Shown here: positions 1 through 8,497 of the stretch, piece after piece
Numbering within the stretch: the first letter of the stretch is position 1
Layout: each line of letters begins with the position of its first letter
IMG/VR virus record: IMGVR_UViG_3300028564_000002
Strand: one strand, 5' to 3'
DNA: 20,000 bases
Source: an uncultured virus (IMG/VR IMGVR_UViG_3300028564_000002)
Lineage: Duplodnaviria; Heunggongvirae; Uroviricota; Caudoviricetes
The notes under the pieces: generated by a model
Seen by the model: only the letters and a program-made list of their open reading frames with translations
The model's database searches: none
Told to the model about the DNA's origin: nothing
Translations under genes and position numbers: made by a program

Positions 1-29
1 CTGACGCCTCCTTTTTTATTATCTAAAAC

Positions 30-58
30 TTGACTTTTTAAATAAATTTTGATATAAT
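30..58 (+). promoter_or_regulatory. Sigma70/SigA-type promoter, repeated phage promoter motif
   Basis: TTGACT (30-35), 17-nt spacer, TATAAT (53-58); GGAGG RBS before ATG 87. Confidence 0.85.
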
Positions 59-86
59 AATTATAGTAAATTAAAGGAGGGATAAT

Positions 87-350
87 ATGAAGACAATTAT
101 GCAAGGCAATGCGGAAAGAGCAAAAGAATATAAGTACTTTGAATGTAGCAAATGCGGCTGGATAGGCAAGGCAGAAAAGGGTGAATACGAATATCATTCT
201 GACCAGTATCAAGGCGATTGGTGTAGAATAAAATGCCCTACCTGTTATAATGTCGTATACTCAATTGAGAAAGTTGACAGGATAGCAGAAATAAAAGCTC
301 TTGAAAATTCGCAAAAAGAAAAATACCACTGGCGGGAGGCAAAGGCATGA
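87..350 (+). CDS. Small Zn-ribbon protein
   Basis: CSKC...CPTC Cys pairs; AAGGAGG RBS; stop overlaps the next start (ATGA). Confidence 0.75.
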   Translation: MKTIMQGNAERAKEYKYFECSKCGWIGKAEKGEYEYHSDQYQGDWCRIKCPTCYNVVYSIEKVDRIAEIKALENSQKEKYHWREAKA

Positions 351-928
351 AAACATATATCATAGCCGACTTAAAACTATTCAATGATGAATAGAGATTA
401 CGCATGGGATATGGCTCTTTTACCGCCATGAACAATCATATTATTCGCACATGGAATAGTGTAGTCAAACCAGAAGACAGAGTTATTGTCATGGGGGACA
501 GCGGCGAAGGAACATTTGAAGAAATGAAGGAAGTAATCTCCCGTCTTAATGGAGAACTTACCGCAACCTCAAAACATCTCAATGAAAAATTCACTAAAGA
601 CCAATGGAAAGAAATCGGCTTCTCTCATTTTTGGGAAGTGTCTATGTTCAAAGATTTTGAAGATGGCAGAAGTGTTATCTATTTAATCAAGGAAATGCTT
701 GAACCCAGAGTATATGAAGACGAATATGCTCTCATTGTTGTCGATAGTGAAAATCCTATTGAGGGTATGATGAAAGGTAAGTTGTTTTCTGTTGACGCTT
801 TTAAATGGGGTTATTACCCTCTTGATACAGAAGACTTACTTAACACCTATGAAAGAATGAAAGAGTGGGAGACTATGGAAGATGGCACTGAAACCCGCTC
901 GGATATAAAGGAAGAAGGAGAAGTATAA
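347..928 (+). CDS. Degenerate calcineurin-like metallophosphoesterase (one in-frame TAG at 392-394)
   Basis: ATG 347 with GGAGG RBS is in frame with ORF 404..928. MKTYIIADLK...MNNHIIRTWNSVVKPEDRVIVMGD resembles the phage phosphoesterase N-terminus, but the DxH His and GNHD motif are missing. Confidence 0.65.
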
Positions 929-1176
929 TGAATAAACTGGAAAGAGCAAAAGAAATTATTAAATCTCTTTATAGTATTTATGATTGCGGCATTTATAATA
1001 CTCGTAATATCGTAGGAGACCGTATGTCAACTATTTATGACGAAGATGGTCTGACTATTGAAGGATGTTATGAATGGTCTTATTTTGAAGTATTCGGTTT
1101 AACTGAAGTTGAGTTTATGAAACTTAAAAGTTTTTATAACTCTCTTGAATCAGAGGAGGAGGACGAAGACGAATGA
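928..1176 (+). CDS. Hypothetical phage protein
   Basis: AAGGAG RBS, coupled to both neighbours, acidic tail. Confidence 0.7.
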   Translation: MNKLERAKEIIKSLYSIYDCGIYNTRNIVGDRMSTIYDEDGLTIEGCYEWSYFEVFGLTEVEFMKLKSFYNSLESEEEDEDE

Positions 1177-3032
1177 AAGTAGAACTTATTGGTTATACAC
1201 ATAAGCCTCTTTATGTATGTGCTGAGGCGGCAGCTGTCTGTTATAATAGTGAGCCTGACCTTAAAATTATAAAGGGTTGTATTCGTTCAGGACACCAGTC
1301 TGTTCTTGAACATTGCTCATTCACCTTTAAGGTAGAAGGAATTTCCCGTAGTTGCTTTGATAGAGAGACAGAAGTATTAACAAATAATGGATGGAAACAT
1401 TTTTGTGATGTTGAAAATACAGACTTGATTTTTACAATAAATCAGGATACTCAAAAAGCAGAATTTCAGCCCATCTTAAATCAGATTAAATATAAATATA
1501 ATGGATTGATGCATTATTATAAATCTCAAAATATCGATTTGCTAGTAACACCAAATCATAACTTATATATGAAAAAATATGATGTAAGAGTTCCAGATAA
1601 ATATCATCTATGTCCATCTGAGGACATAAAAGTGAAACGTTTTTATATGAAAAAGACTGTTAACTATGATATAGAAGTTGATGATTATTTTACTATTCCA
1701 GGATACAGTTATTATAGAAAAAATAAAAATGGAGAGTTATATGAAAAAACGCTTTCCGATTTAAGACTCCCAAGAGATAATTTTTATAAATTATTAGCTT
1801 GGTATTTGGCAGAGGGAAGTACATATTATAATCAAAAAGAAAATTCTTATACTATTTCTATTAGTCAATTAAAAACTCAAAATATCGACCATATTATGGA
1901 AATAGTATCTAATTGTGGATTACGACCTTATTATGATGGAAAATCTATACGTTTTAAAAATATGGTTTTAGGAAAATATTTTTCTTCTTTAGGACTATCT
2001 TTAAACAAAAAAATTCCTTTTGATATTTTTACTAATTTTAATAAAAAACTATCAAAGATTTTTATAGATGAATATATATTAGGAGATGGGACAATTCAAA
2101 AAGATAAAAGTGGAAAAATTTTTACTATTTCAAAAGAATTATCTGAACAAATTTATAATTTATGTTTTATTGCTGGATATACTGCCACTAATCATATTGA
2201 TAATAGAGCAGGACAAAGTCATATATGGGATGGTCGAGAAATAAAACATAATTATCCTTGTTATATAATTAATATTTCTATGACTGGAAAAAGAAATCAT
2301 GAAATTGTGGTCAAAAAAGATTCTCACTTTTCAGAGATTCCTTTTAACGATTATGTCTATTGTATAGAGGTTCCTAATCATACTCTTTTTGTAAGAAGAA
2401 ATGGAATTGCTTGTTGGTGTGGAAATTGTAGTCATCAGCTCGTGAGACACAGAATTGCTTCATATTCACAGCAAAGTCAGCGTTATGTAACCTATGATTC
2501 TGTTGACTGGGCTGTAGATGGATTAGAGTATGATGCGGTAGAACCAACCTTGCTTGCTTGCGCTGATGCTATGACTGCTTATAAATCTATGATTGATAAT
2601 GGAGTTAAGGCTGAAAATGCCAGAGCAGTATTGCCTAATGCTACTCCAACAACTATATATGTCACCATGAATTTAAGGGCACTCATGCATTTTTGTAATG
2701 AGCGTATGTGTTCAAGAGCACAGACAGAAATTCGTAATGTTGCCATTGGTATGAAGAACGAAATCATGTGCGCAGAGTATATCACTACTGAAGAAAAAGA
2801 AATTATTGATACAGTTCTTGTTCCTAAATGCGCCGCAGGTCCTATTAAAGCCTGTCCTGAGGTCAAGGGATGCGGCAGATATAAGCCACTTAAAGAATTT
2901 GTATGGCGTCCAAAGGCAGAATGGCTTCACTATTATGCAGAGGGCGGCGGCGAAGAGTGTAGTATTTGTGGTTTTAGTGGTGGAATTAAAACATTTAAGT
3001 TCTGTCCTATGTGCGGTAGTGAGATGAGGTAA
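1173..3032 (+). CDS. thyX: FAD-dependent thymidylate synthase, intein-containing, with C-terminal Zn ribbon
   Basis: GHQSVLEH, RHRIASYSQQSQR (ThyX signature), ENARAVLP, NLRALMHF..R and AQTEIR motifs. Confidence 0.95.
   Translation: MKVELIGYTHKPLYVCAEAAAVCYNSEPDLKIIKGCIRSGHQSVLEHCSFTFKVEGISRSCFDRETEVLTNNGWKHFCDVENTDLIFTINQDTQKAEFQPILNQIKYKYNGLMHYYKSQNIDLLVTPNHNLYMKKYDVRVPDKYHLCPSEDIKVKRFYMKKTVNYDIEVDDYFTIPGYSYYRKNKNGELYEKTLSDLRLPRDNFYKLLAWYLAEGSTYYNQKENSYTISISQLKTQNIDHIMEIVSNCGLRPYYDGKSIRFKNMVLGKYFSSLGLSLNKKIPFDIFTNFNKKLSKIFIDEYILGDGTIQKDKSGKIFTISKELSEQIYNLCFIAGYTATNHIDNRAGQSHIWDGREIKHNYPCYIINISMTGKRNHEIVVKKDSHFSEIPFNDYVYCIEVPNHTLFVRRNGIACWCGNCSHQLVRHRIASYSQQSQRYVTYDSVDWAVDGLEYDAVEPTLLACADAMTAYKSMIDNGVKAENARAVLPNATPTTIYVTMNLRALMHFCNERMCSRAQTEIRNVAIGMKNEIMCAEYITTEEKEIIDTVLVPKCAAGPIKACPEVKGCGRYKPLKEFVWRPKAEWLHYYAEGGGEECSICGFSGGIKTFKFCPMCGSEMR
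1353..2426 (+). mobile_element. Intein (358 aa) with LAGLIDADG homing endonuclease
   Basis: Begins CFDRETEVLT, block B VTPNHNLY, LAGLIDADG-like LAWYLAEGS and FIDEYILGDG, ends VYCIEVPNH...WCGN|C. Removal restores GISRS-CSHQLVRHR. More AT-rich than its exteins. Confidence 0.93.
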
Positions 3033-3037
3033 GGCTT

Positions 3038-4054
3038 ATGATTGTAGCAGTAATAATTGGAATAATAGCTATTCTATTAATTCTCATCTACGCCATTCCT
3101 CGCATTAATAAATAGGTGGATAAGCCTGAATACTCTCAGACTTTCTTTGAACAGAAGAAGTTTATTTGTAAGAAGATGCGAGAGGAACAGCAAAAACTCG
3201 TAGAATAGAACAAGAAAGAAATTGACGACAGTCTTAAAGAATATGTCGCCAACTGTGATGCTAAGCGGTAGGCGGCATTGGACGAATTAGAACGTGCAAA
3301 ACAAACTCTCCATGACTCAGAGGAATACTATGCTCGGCGTTTAAAAGAACTTGAACAGAAAACTTTTGACCTTGTTGACGAGGAATCAAAGAAGTAGGCA
3401 TTGGAATTACAAGGCGTAGTAGACTTCTATCAAACTCGTAGACAAGAAATCTACAACGACTTTGAAGCTTTCCAAGAAAAAACTAATGCAAGACGTGAAG
3501 AATTGAATGAAGTTTTCAGAAGAGAAGAGGCTAAACAGCAGGAAATAATTGAGGGGTACAAGCGAGCTGAACAAATAAAACAAGATAAAAACTTTTATCG
3601 CATTGTTCTCAATGAAGATGCTTAGGATGACGTAAAGAAATTACGTAAGATAGCCACTGACCTTCATGACCCAACTATTATCTACAAGCTTATCTACAAG
3701 ACTTACTATGAAAAGCCATTCACTGAAATGGTTGGACGTGTTGTATCTAATGATGCAAGTGCTTGTGGTATCTACAAGATAACCAATTTTGAAAATGGAC
3801 GTTGCTATATAGGTCAAACCAGATAGGCTTTTAAAGAACGTTGGCGTACCCATTTGAAAAGAGGAGTTCGTGCCGAAGCAGGTACAGCTAATAAACTTTA
3901 TCAGGCTATGTGGGAAGAAGGAGCAGAAAACTTTACTTTTGAAGTTTTAGCGCAATGCTCCGCCGCCGAACTCAATGCGAAAGAAAAAGAATACATTGCT
4001 CTATACCATGCTGATACTTGGGGATACAATGGTAATAGCGGTATCGGAACATAA
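3038..4054 (+). CDS. N-terminal TM helix + coiled coil + C-terminal GIY-YIG nuclease (338 aa, 6 in-frame TAG)
   Basis: One frame from ATG 3038 to TAA 4054, broken only by TAG at 3113, 3206, 3269, 3395, 3623 and 3824. MIVAVIIGIIAILLILIYAI; GIYKITN...CYIGQT...ERWRTH...E..YI...GYN. Confidence 0.85.
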
Positions 4055-4081
4055 TGGATTTTATTTTGAGGAGGAATATTT

Positions 4082-4414
4082 ATGACTAAATTTTTCATTT
4101 CACAATCAATGAGAGGTTTATCACAAAAAGAGATTAAGGAGCGTCGTGAGTTTCTTACTGATTTAATTGCAGATAACTTTAGTGGAGCTATTGTTCTCGA
4201 CTCTTTCTTAGAAGGAGCAAAGGACGTTGACCCATTGGTTTGTCTTGGTCATGCTATCACTATTATGTCAAAAGCAGACGCAGTTGTATTTGATACTGGT
4301 TGGCTTGAGGCACGTGGCTGTAAAATTGAATATGAAATTGCAAAGGCTTATGGTAAACAGATTTATTTTGTCATTGACGATGAAGGTCCTGCTTTCCTTG
4401 CACCCGAAAAGTAA
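4082..4414 (+). CDS. DUF4406-like / nucleoside deoxyribosyltransferase-fold protein
   Basis: FISQSMRG...ADAVVF..GW..ARGC.IEY.IA..YGK pattern; GAGGAGG RBS. Confidence 0.7.
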   Translation: MTKFFISQSMRGLSQKEIKERREFLTDLIADNFSGAIVLDSFLEGAKDVDPLVCLGHAITIMSKADAVVFDTGWLEARGCKIEYEIAKAYGKQIYFVIDDEGPAFLAPEK

Positions 4415-4418
4415 TATT

Positions 4419-4450
4419 AGCACTCCCTTTTATAGGGGGTGCTTTATTTT
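4419..4450 (+). terminator. Intrinsic terminator
   Basis: AGCACTCCCT/AGGGGGTGCT stem followed by a T-rich run. Confidence 0.75.
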
Positions 4451-4603
4451 ATTATATGGAGATAAAATATTCCAATCCCATTAGAAATTTGGGAAATACT
4501 TTTTTAGATTTTTGCCCGTTTAATTTTACCTAAATTAAGAGAGAATATCTCTCATTGGGCGGCTTAAGGAGTCCAATTATTTTTATAAAACGAGGTGAAT
4601 TAA

Positions 4604-5290
4604 ATGAGCACTTACAAAATGACAGGTCCTGGCGGCTTAGATTGCGCTATTCCACGTCCAAAGAGACCGTTTCCACCAGTTCCTCCTCCACCACCTGTTC
4701 CACCATGTCCTCCACTTCCAGATTGGGAGGTTTATCCATACTACCCACCATATCCAGAGATGGATGCTGAGCCAGTGCCAACTCCTCCAATTCCAGGAAG
4801 ACACCCTCATCCATTCCCACCAATTCCACCACATCCTCCAATTCCACCACATCCTCCAATTCCTCCATATCCACCACCAAAGCCTGAGAAGGTTGATGAA
4901 TGCTCAAAGAAGCTTGCTAAACTTACTCAGAAGACTAAGGTGCTTGTTCAGATGATTAAGGACTTTGAGAATAAGAATCGTCCAGTAATCGTTACAATCG
5001 GTCCTAATAGCTATTCATTCGGCACTGAAAACATTACTGATTTCCATGGTGACCCAGCTAAGGGTATGTATGCAAACATTGTTTGTGGTGACCCAATTGA
5101 GGACTTCCAGCCAGAAGAGATTGAGATTGATGACACTAATACTCGTGTTTCTGTTAAGAATCCAGTTGACCTTCTTCAGACAGAACTTGCAAGAGTTCGT
5201 AAGGAAATCACACTTGTAGCAGCAGCTATTAATGATGAAATTTCTGGTGAGAACGAAATCTCTAATAACGGTGTTCCCGGAATAGAATGA
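4604..5290 (+). CDS. Proline-rich protein with coiled-coil C-terminal half, function unknown
   Basis: GAGGTGA RBS; about 80 aa of polyproline/PPIPPH repeats; CCA-biased codons; own terminator. Confidence 0.8.
   Translation: MSTYKMTGPGGLDCAIPRPKRPFPPVPPPPPVPPCPPLPDWEVYPYYPPYPEMDAEPVPTPPIPGRHPHPFPPIPPHPPIPPHPPIPPYPPPKPEKVDECSKKLAKLTQKTKVLVQMIKDFENKNRPVIVTIGPNSYSFGTENITDFHGDPAKGMYANIVCGDPIEDFQPEEIEIDDTNTRVSVKNPVDLLQTELARVRKEITLVAAAINDEISGENEISNNGVPGIE
4820..4873 (+). repeat. 18-nt coding tandem repeat x3 (PIPPHP)
   Basis: CCAATTCCACCACATCCT twice, then CCAATTCCTCCATATCCA. Confidence 0.85.
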
Positions 5291-5313
5291 AAATCACTAA
5301 TTTGATTTAATTC

Positions 5314-5341
5314 AAAGGAAGGCTTTGTGCCTTCCTTTTTT
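5314..5341 (+). terminator. Intrinsic terminator
   Basis: AAAGGAAGGC/GCCTTCCTTT stem plus T run. Confidence 0.85.
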
Positions 5342-5350
5342 GTTTAGTTA

Positions 5351-5379
5351 TTGACTTTTTAAATAATTTTTGTTATAAT
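5351..5379 (+). promoter_or_regulatory. Sigma70/SigA-type promoter
   Basis: TTGACT-17-TATAAT. Confidence 0.85.
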
Positions 5380-5412
5380 ATTATTGTAATAAAGATTAAG
5401 GAGGAAATATAA

Positions 5413-5667
5413 ATGAGAAATAAGTTAAATATTGTTGGCGAAAGAGATGCTATGGCTTTTTGCATTGCTGCTTCAAAGTGTATAGGTGAGGTAATGCTTG
5501 TTGACGAGAATCGCAGACAGTGCGTAAACGGCAAGTCCATCATGGGTTGTACGCTCGCTATGACCGAGTGGAAGGAAATTTGGGTCGAGACAGAGAACGA
5601 TTGCTATTCAGCTCTCGAAGAGTGGATAGAAGTCGCTGCTGACGATGGCGCTTTTGTTCACGAATAA
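5413..5667 (+). CDS. HPr-family (PTS phosphocarrier-like) protein lacking His15
   Basis: 84 aa; VNGKSIMG matches the Ser46 motif; no GLHARP motif. Confidence 0.75.
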   Translation: MRNKLNIVGERDAMAFCIAASKCIGEVMLVDENRRQCVNGKSIMGCTLAMTEWKEIWVETENDCYSALEEWIEVAADDGAFVHE

Positions 5668-5737
5668 TTTCGATTGTCGTTCTGGTCATAATAGTTTTCG
5701 TACAATTTTTTAAAACTTTGCCAAAGGAGTGAGAAAA

Positions 5738-6529
5738 ATGATAGGCGCAATCGTAGGGGACGTGGTCGGTTCTCGATTTGAGTACCATAATCACAGAGAT
5801 AAAGAGTTCCCGTTATTTACAGATAGCTGTAAAGTAACGGATGATAGCATCATGACAACTGCCATAGCCATTGCCGTCATGGATTACAAAGAACATGGAC
5901 GGCCACTGGACAAGGCGGCAGTTCATTGGATGCGTAGAATAGGATAGCCATATAAAAACGCAGGATACGGCGGCAGATTTGCACAGTGGATGTATAGTTC
6001 TGACCCAAAACCTTATAATAGCTTTGGCAATGGTGCTGCTATGAGAGTATCGGCTTGTGCTTGGGCGGCAGATACAATGTTTGATGCAATTGAAATGAGT
6101 GATGAAGTTACAAAGGTAACTCATAATCATCCCGAAGGAATAAAGGGAGCAAGAGCTGTTACTGCGGCAATTTTCATGGCAAGAACAGGGTGTTCAAAGG
6201 ACGAGATTTATGAGTTCATTGACCAAAATTATTACTCATTAGATAAATCTGTTAATAAAATTCGGGAGACTTTACAGTTCGATGAAACTTGTCAGGTGAC
6301 TGTTCCAGTTGCTATACAGTGTTTCTATGAGTCAGAAGATTTTGAGGACTGTCTGCGTTTGGCTATTTCTGTCGGTGGAGATTCAGATACTATCGCCGCC
6401 ATAGCTTGTAGTATTGCCGAAGCATACTATGGAGTTCCAGAGAATATAAGAGAAAAAGTTTTAACTTTTGTTCCACAGCAACTTAAAGATATTTTATTCA
6501 GATTTGAGGAGATTTATGAAGAAGAATAA
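5738..6529 (+). CDS. ADP-ribosylglycohydrolase (DraG/ARH family; in-frame TAG at 5945-5947)
   Basis: GAIVGDVVGSRFE, TDDS, GYGGRF, NSFGNGAAMRVS, TH, GGDSDTIAAIA. ORFs 5729..5947 and 5990..6529 share a frame and are separated by one TAG. Confidence 0.92.
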
Positions 6530-6929
6530 GATTACTTTAAAAAGAGTAGTTAATAGCTATAAACCCAGTTGGAAAACAACTCCGGGTGTCGGCTCAGAAG
6601 AGTTTTATAAGAAGTGGGGTTTTCACTATGAAGACCTTTGGAATCTTGATGCTGAATCAGCATACTATCTTGCTGTAAGGCTTACGCTTTATCGTGATTC
6701 TCAGAGCGGACTTCCAACAACAATTCTTTCCCATTATGGCGCGAACTGGGAAACCAGAACAGCCGAACAGGAAAGAAAAGCCAGTAAGGCTTGGCGTACA
6801 ATACTTAATAAGATGATATTAGGGTTCTATCTTTATGCATCTGTATTTAACCCTGATGATAAACAAGAAAAAATAATTAACAAAGCATATAAACTTTTTG
6901 CTGAATGGCATGAGTCGCTTTGGGATTAA
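6516..6929 (+). CDS. Hypothetical phage protein
   Basis: ATG 6516 has a GAGGAG RBS; ends in LWD. Confidence 0.7.
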   Translation: MKKNKITLKRVVNSYKPSWKTTPGVGSEEFYKKWGFHYEDLWNLDAESAYYLAVRLTLYRDSQSGLPTTILSHYGANWETRTAEQERKASKAWRTILNKMILGFYLYASVFNPDDKQEKIINKAYKLFAEWHESLWD

Positions 6930-6943
6930 AGGAGGAAAATAAA

Positions 6944-7216
6944 ATGGGAAATGAAAAGGAAATGTATCCAAAGGCAAATTTCAGAATGAAGGTAACTTTA
7001 CTTGAAAAGCAGGACGGCGGCGAAGGACTTAAGGTTGTAGCCTCTAAATGGGTTAAGGGAAATGGTAAGGAGTTCCGTGAATCTATTAAAGAGGACAGAG
7101 CGAATGGTGCTGAGAGAACAATTGAAATTGTTGATAGAGCACCAGAGAAGTTTAAGATAAATCAGATTTATATGCTGAGAGACCGCAACGTTGTTTGGGT
7201 TTACACTGAAGCCTAA
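6944..7216 (+). CDS. Hypothetical protein
   Basis: ATG 6944 after AAGGAGG; followed by a terminator. Confidence 0.7.
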   Translation: MGNEKEMYPKANFRMKVTLLEKQDGGEGLKVVASKWVKGNGKEFRESIKEDRANGAERTIEIVDRAPEKFKINQIYMLRDRNVVWVYTEA

Positions 7217-7222
7217 TAAAAT

Positions 7223-7249
7223 TCTGCCCCTTTGAGGGCAGATTTTTTT
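7223..7249 (+). terminator. Intrinsic terminator
   Basis: TCTGCCC/GGGCAGA stem plus T7. Confidence 0.85.
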
Positions 7250-7262
7250 CTCAGAGAAAAAT

Positions 7263-7291
7263 TTGACTTTTGAAAAAATTTATGATATAAT
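7263..7291 (+). promoter_or_regulatory. Sigma70/SigA-type promoter followed by an all-GC tract
   Basis: TTGACT-17-TATAAT with extended -10 TG, then CGCGCGCGCGCCCGCC. Confidence 0.75.
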
Positions 7292-7351
7292 CGCGCGCGC
7301 GCCCGCCTATTTAAATAGTATAAAAGCAAAGAATTTTTCTTTGAGAAAAAA

Positions 7352-7380
7352 TTGACTTTTATAAAAAATTATTATATAAT
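7352..7380 (+). promoter_or_regulatory. Sigma70/SigA-type promoter (tandem copy)
   Basis: TTGACT-17-TATAAT. Confidence 0.85.
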
Positions 7381-7412
7381 AAATACAGAAATTCAGAAAG
7401 GAGTTAAAACGA

Positions 7413-7898
7413 ATGTATACGATACCACTTCAGATTCATGAACAGGGAGGTACTGATTATTCTTTTACAGATATGGACACCTTCTTAGAGACAAGAGAAT
7501 CAAGAGAATATCTTTTCAATGCACAAGAGGTTCAAGACGAGATTGAATCTTACATCTTCGACGCTATCGTATGGGTAGCTGAGAACAACAAGCGTCCAAA
7601 AGATGATAAATTAAGCTGGGATGAATGTCCTTATCCTCTTGATTTTGTTCAGGAGTTAATGGAATGGACAGACTTTATTTACAACTCGGATGATGACATC
7701 CTTGACGATTATGACCTTTATAAGGGTTGGGAAGCTTTAACAAGAATTTACTATAACCCTAAAAACAAGAAGTATTACGGCGTGCCATACACAAGAAGTG
7801 GCTATGGCGATTCCGATTGGTATATTGCAGATTTCTGTGAAGCCGTCGCAAAAGAAAGAATTGAAAAATATTACGCTCTCCTTGATGGAGAAGAATGA
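7413..7898 (+). CDS. Acidic, aromatic-rich hypothetical protein
   Basis: AAGGAG RBS directly after the promoter; D/E/Y/W-rich. Confidence 0.75.
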   Translation: MYTIPLQIHEQGGTDYSFTDMDTFLETRESREYLFNAQEVQDEIESYIFDAIVWVAENNKRPKDDKLSWDECPYPLDFVQELMEWTDFIYNSDDDILDDYDLYKGWEALTRIYYNPKNKKYYGVPYTRSGYGDSDWYIADFCEAVAKERIEKYYALLDGEE

Positions 7899-7907
7899 GA
7901 GGTCTAT

Positions 7908-8416
7908 ATGGAACAGCTTATTAAAAAGTTTGAATACAAGGATAAGGTATTACTACCATAGAAGAGATTTATGAGTATGATAGTAAAGTCTTTCAAGAGT
8001 GGCGAGATGCTGGCTTTATCAAAGGAACTGAAAAAGAAGAATTTGAAGAGGCTACTGACCGCTATATGCTCGATGTGCTCCGTTCAATTATATTCGACCC
8101 CGAACAAGACTTTGAGACAGACGAAGAGGCGAATGCCGCTTATGAAGAATCTATTGACCTTGGTCGTCAATTCTTAAAACTTGCATATGAACTTGACTTT
8201 TGGGACTATGCAGAAAAGACAGCTGATGGCACAGACCTTGATGACAGTTATATGGACGTAACCTATTACTTTAAGGACTACAAGGAAGAGAATCTTTACT
8301 TTGCTTTCAGTGGCAGAGAAACTCCTTGGACAAGTTATGATGAACATGACTATACTTTTTGGGCGGCGAAGCGTGTTCCAGTAACCACATATGAATATGT
8401 TTCTTATGATAAATAA
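7908..8416 (+). CDS. Acidic hypothetical protein with an apparent -1 frame break near 7945
   Basis: ATG 7908 (GAGG RBS) gives MEQLIKKFEYKDK. The frame of ORF 8066..8416 is open and protein-like from 7946 (GITTIEEIYEYDSKVFQEWRDAG...). Confidence 0.55.
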
Positions 8417-8434
8417 ATTTTAAATAAAGAAAAT

Positions 8435-8463
8435 TTGACTTTTTAAAAAATCTTTGATATAAT
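8435..8463 (+). promoter_or_regulatory. Sigma70/SigA-type promoter
   Basis: TTGACT-17-TATAAT with extended -10 TG. Confidence 0.85.
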
Positions 8464-8497
8464 ATATATAGAAAATCAAAAAGAAAAGGAATGATGC

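Noticed and set aside
3038..4054. Pseudogene interpretation of the TAG-interrupted genes (also 5738..6529 and 9467..10381)
   Set aside because: All breaks are TAG, with no TAA/TGA or frameshifts, and catalytic motifs are intact; recoding explains this better.
4637..4907. Minus-strand Trp-rich and Val/Glu-rich ORFs, and the other minus-strand or nested ORFs in the track
   Set aside because: They are shadows of plus-strand genes (here CCA repeats), without RBS or recognisable motifs.
7971..8177. 68-aa ORF as the real product
   Set aside because: The overlapping frame (7946-8416) has far more typical codon usage and composition.
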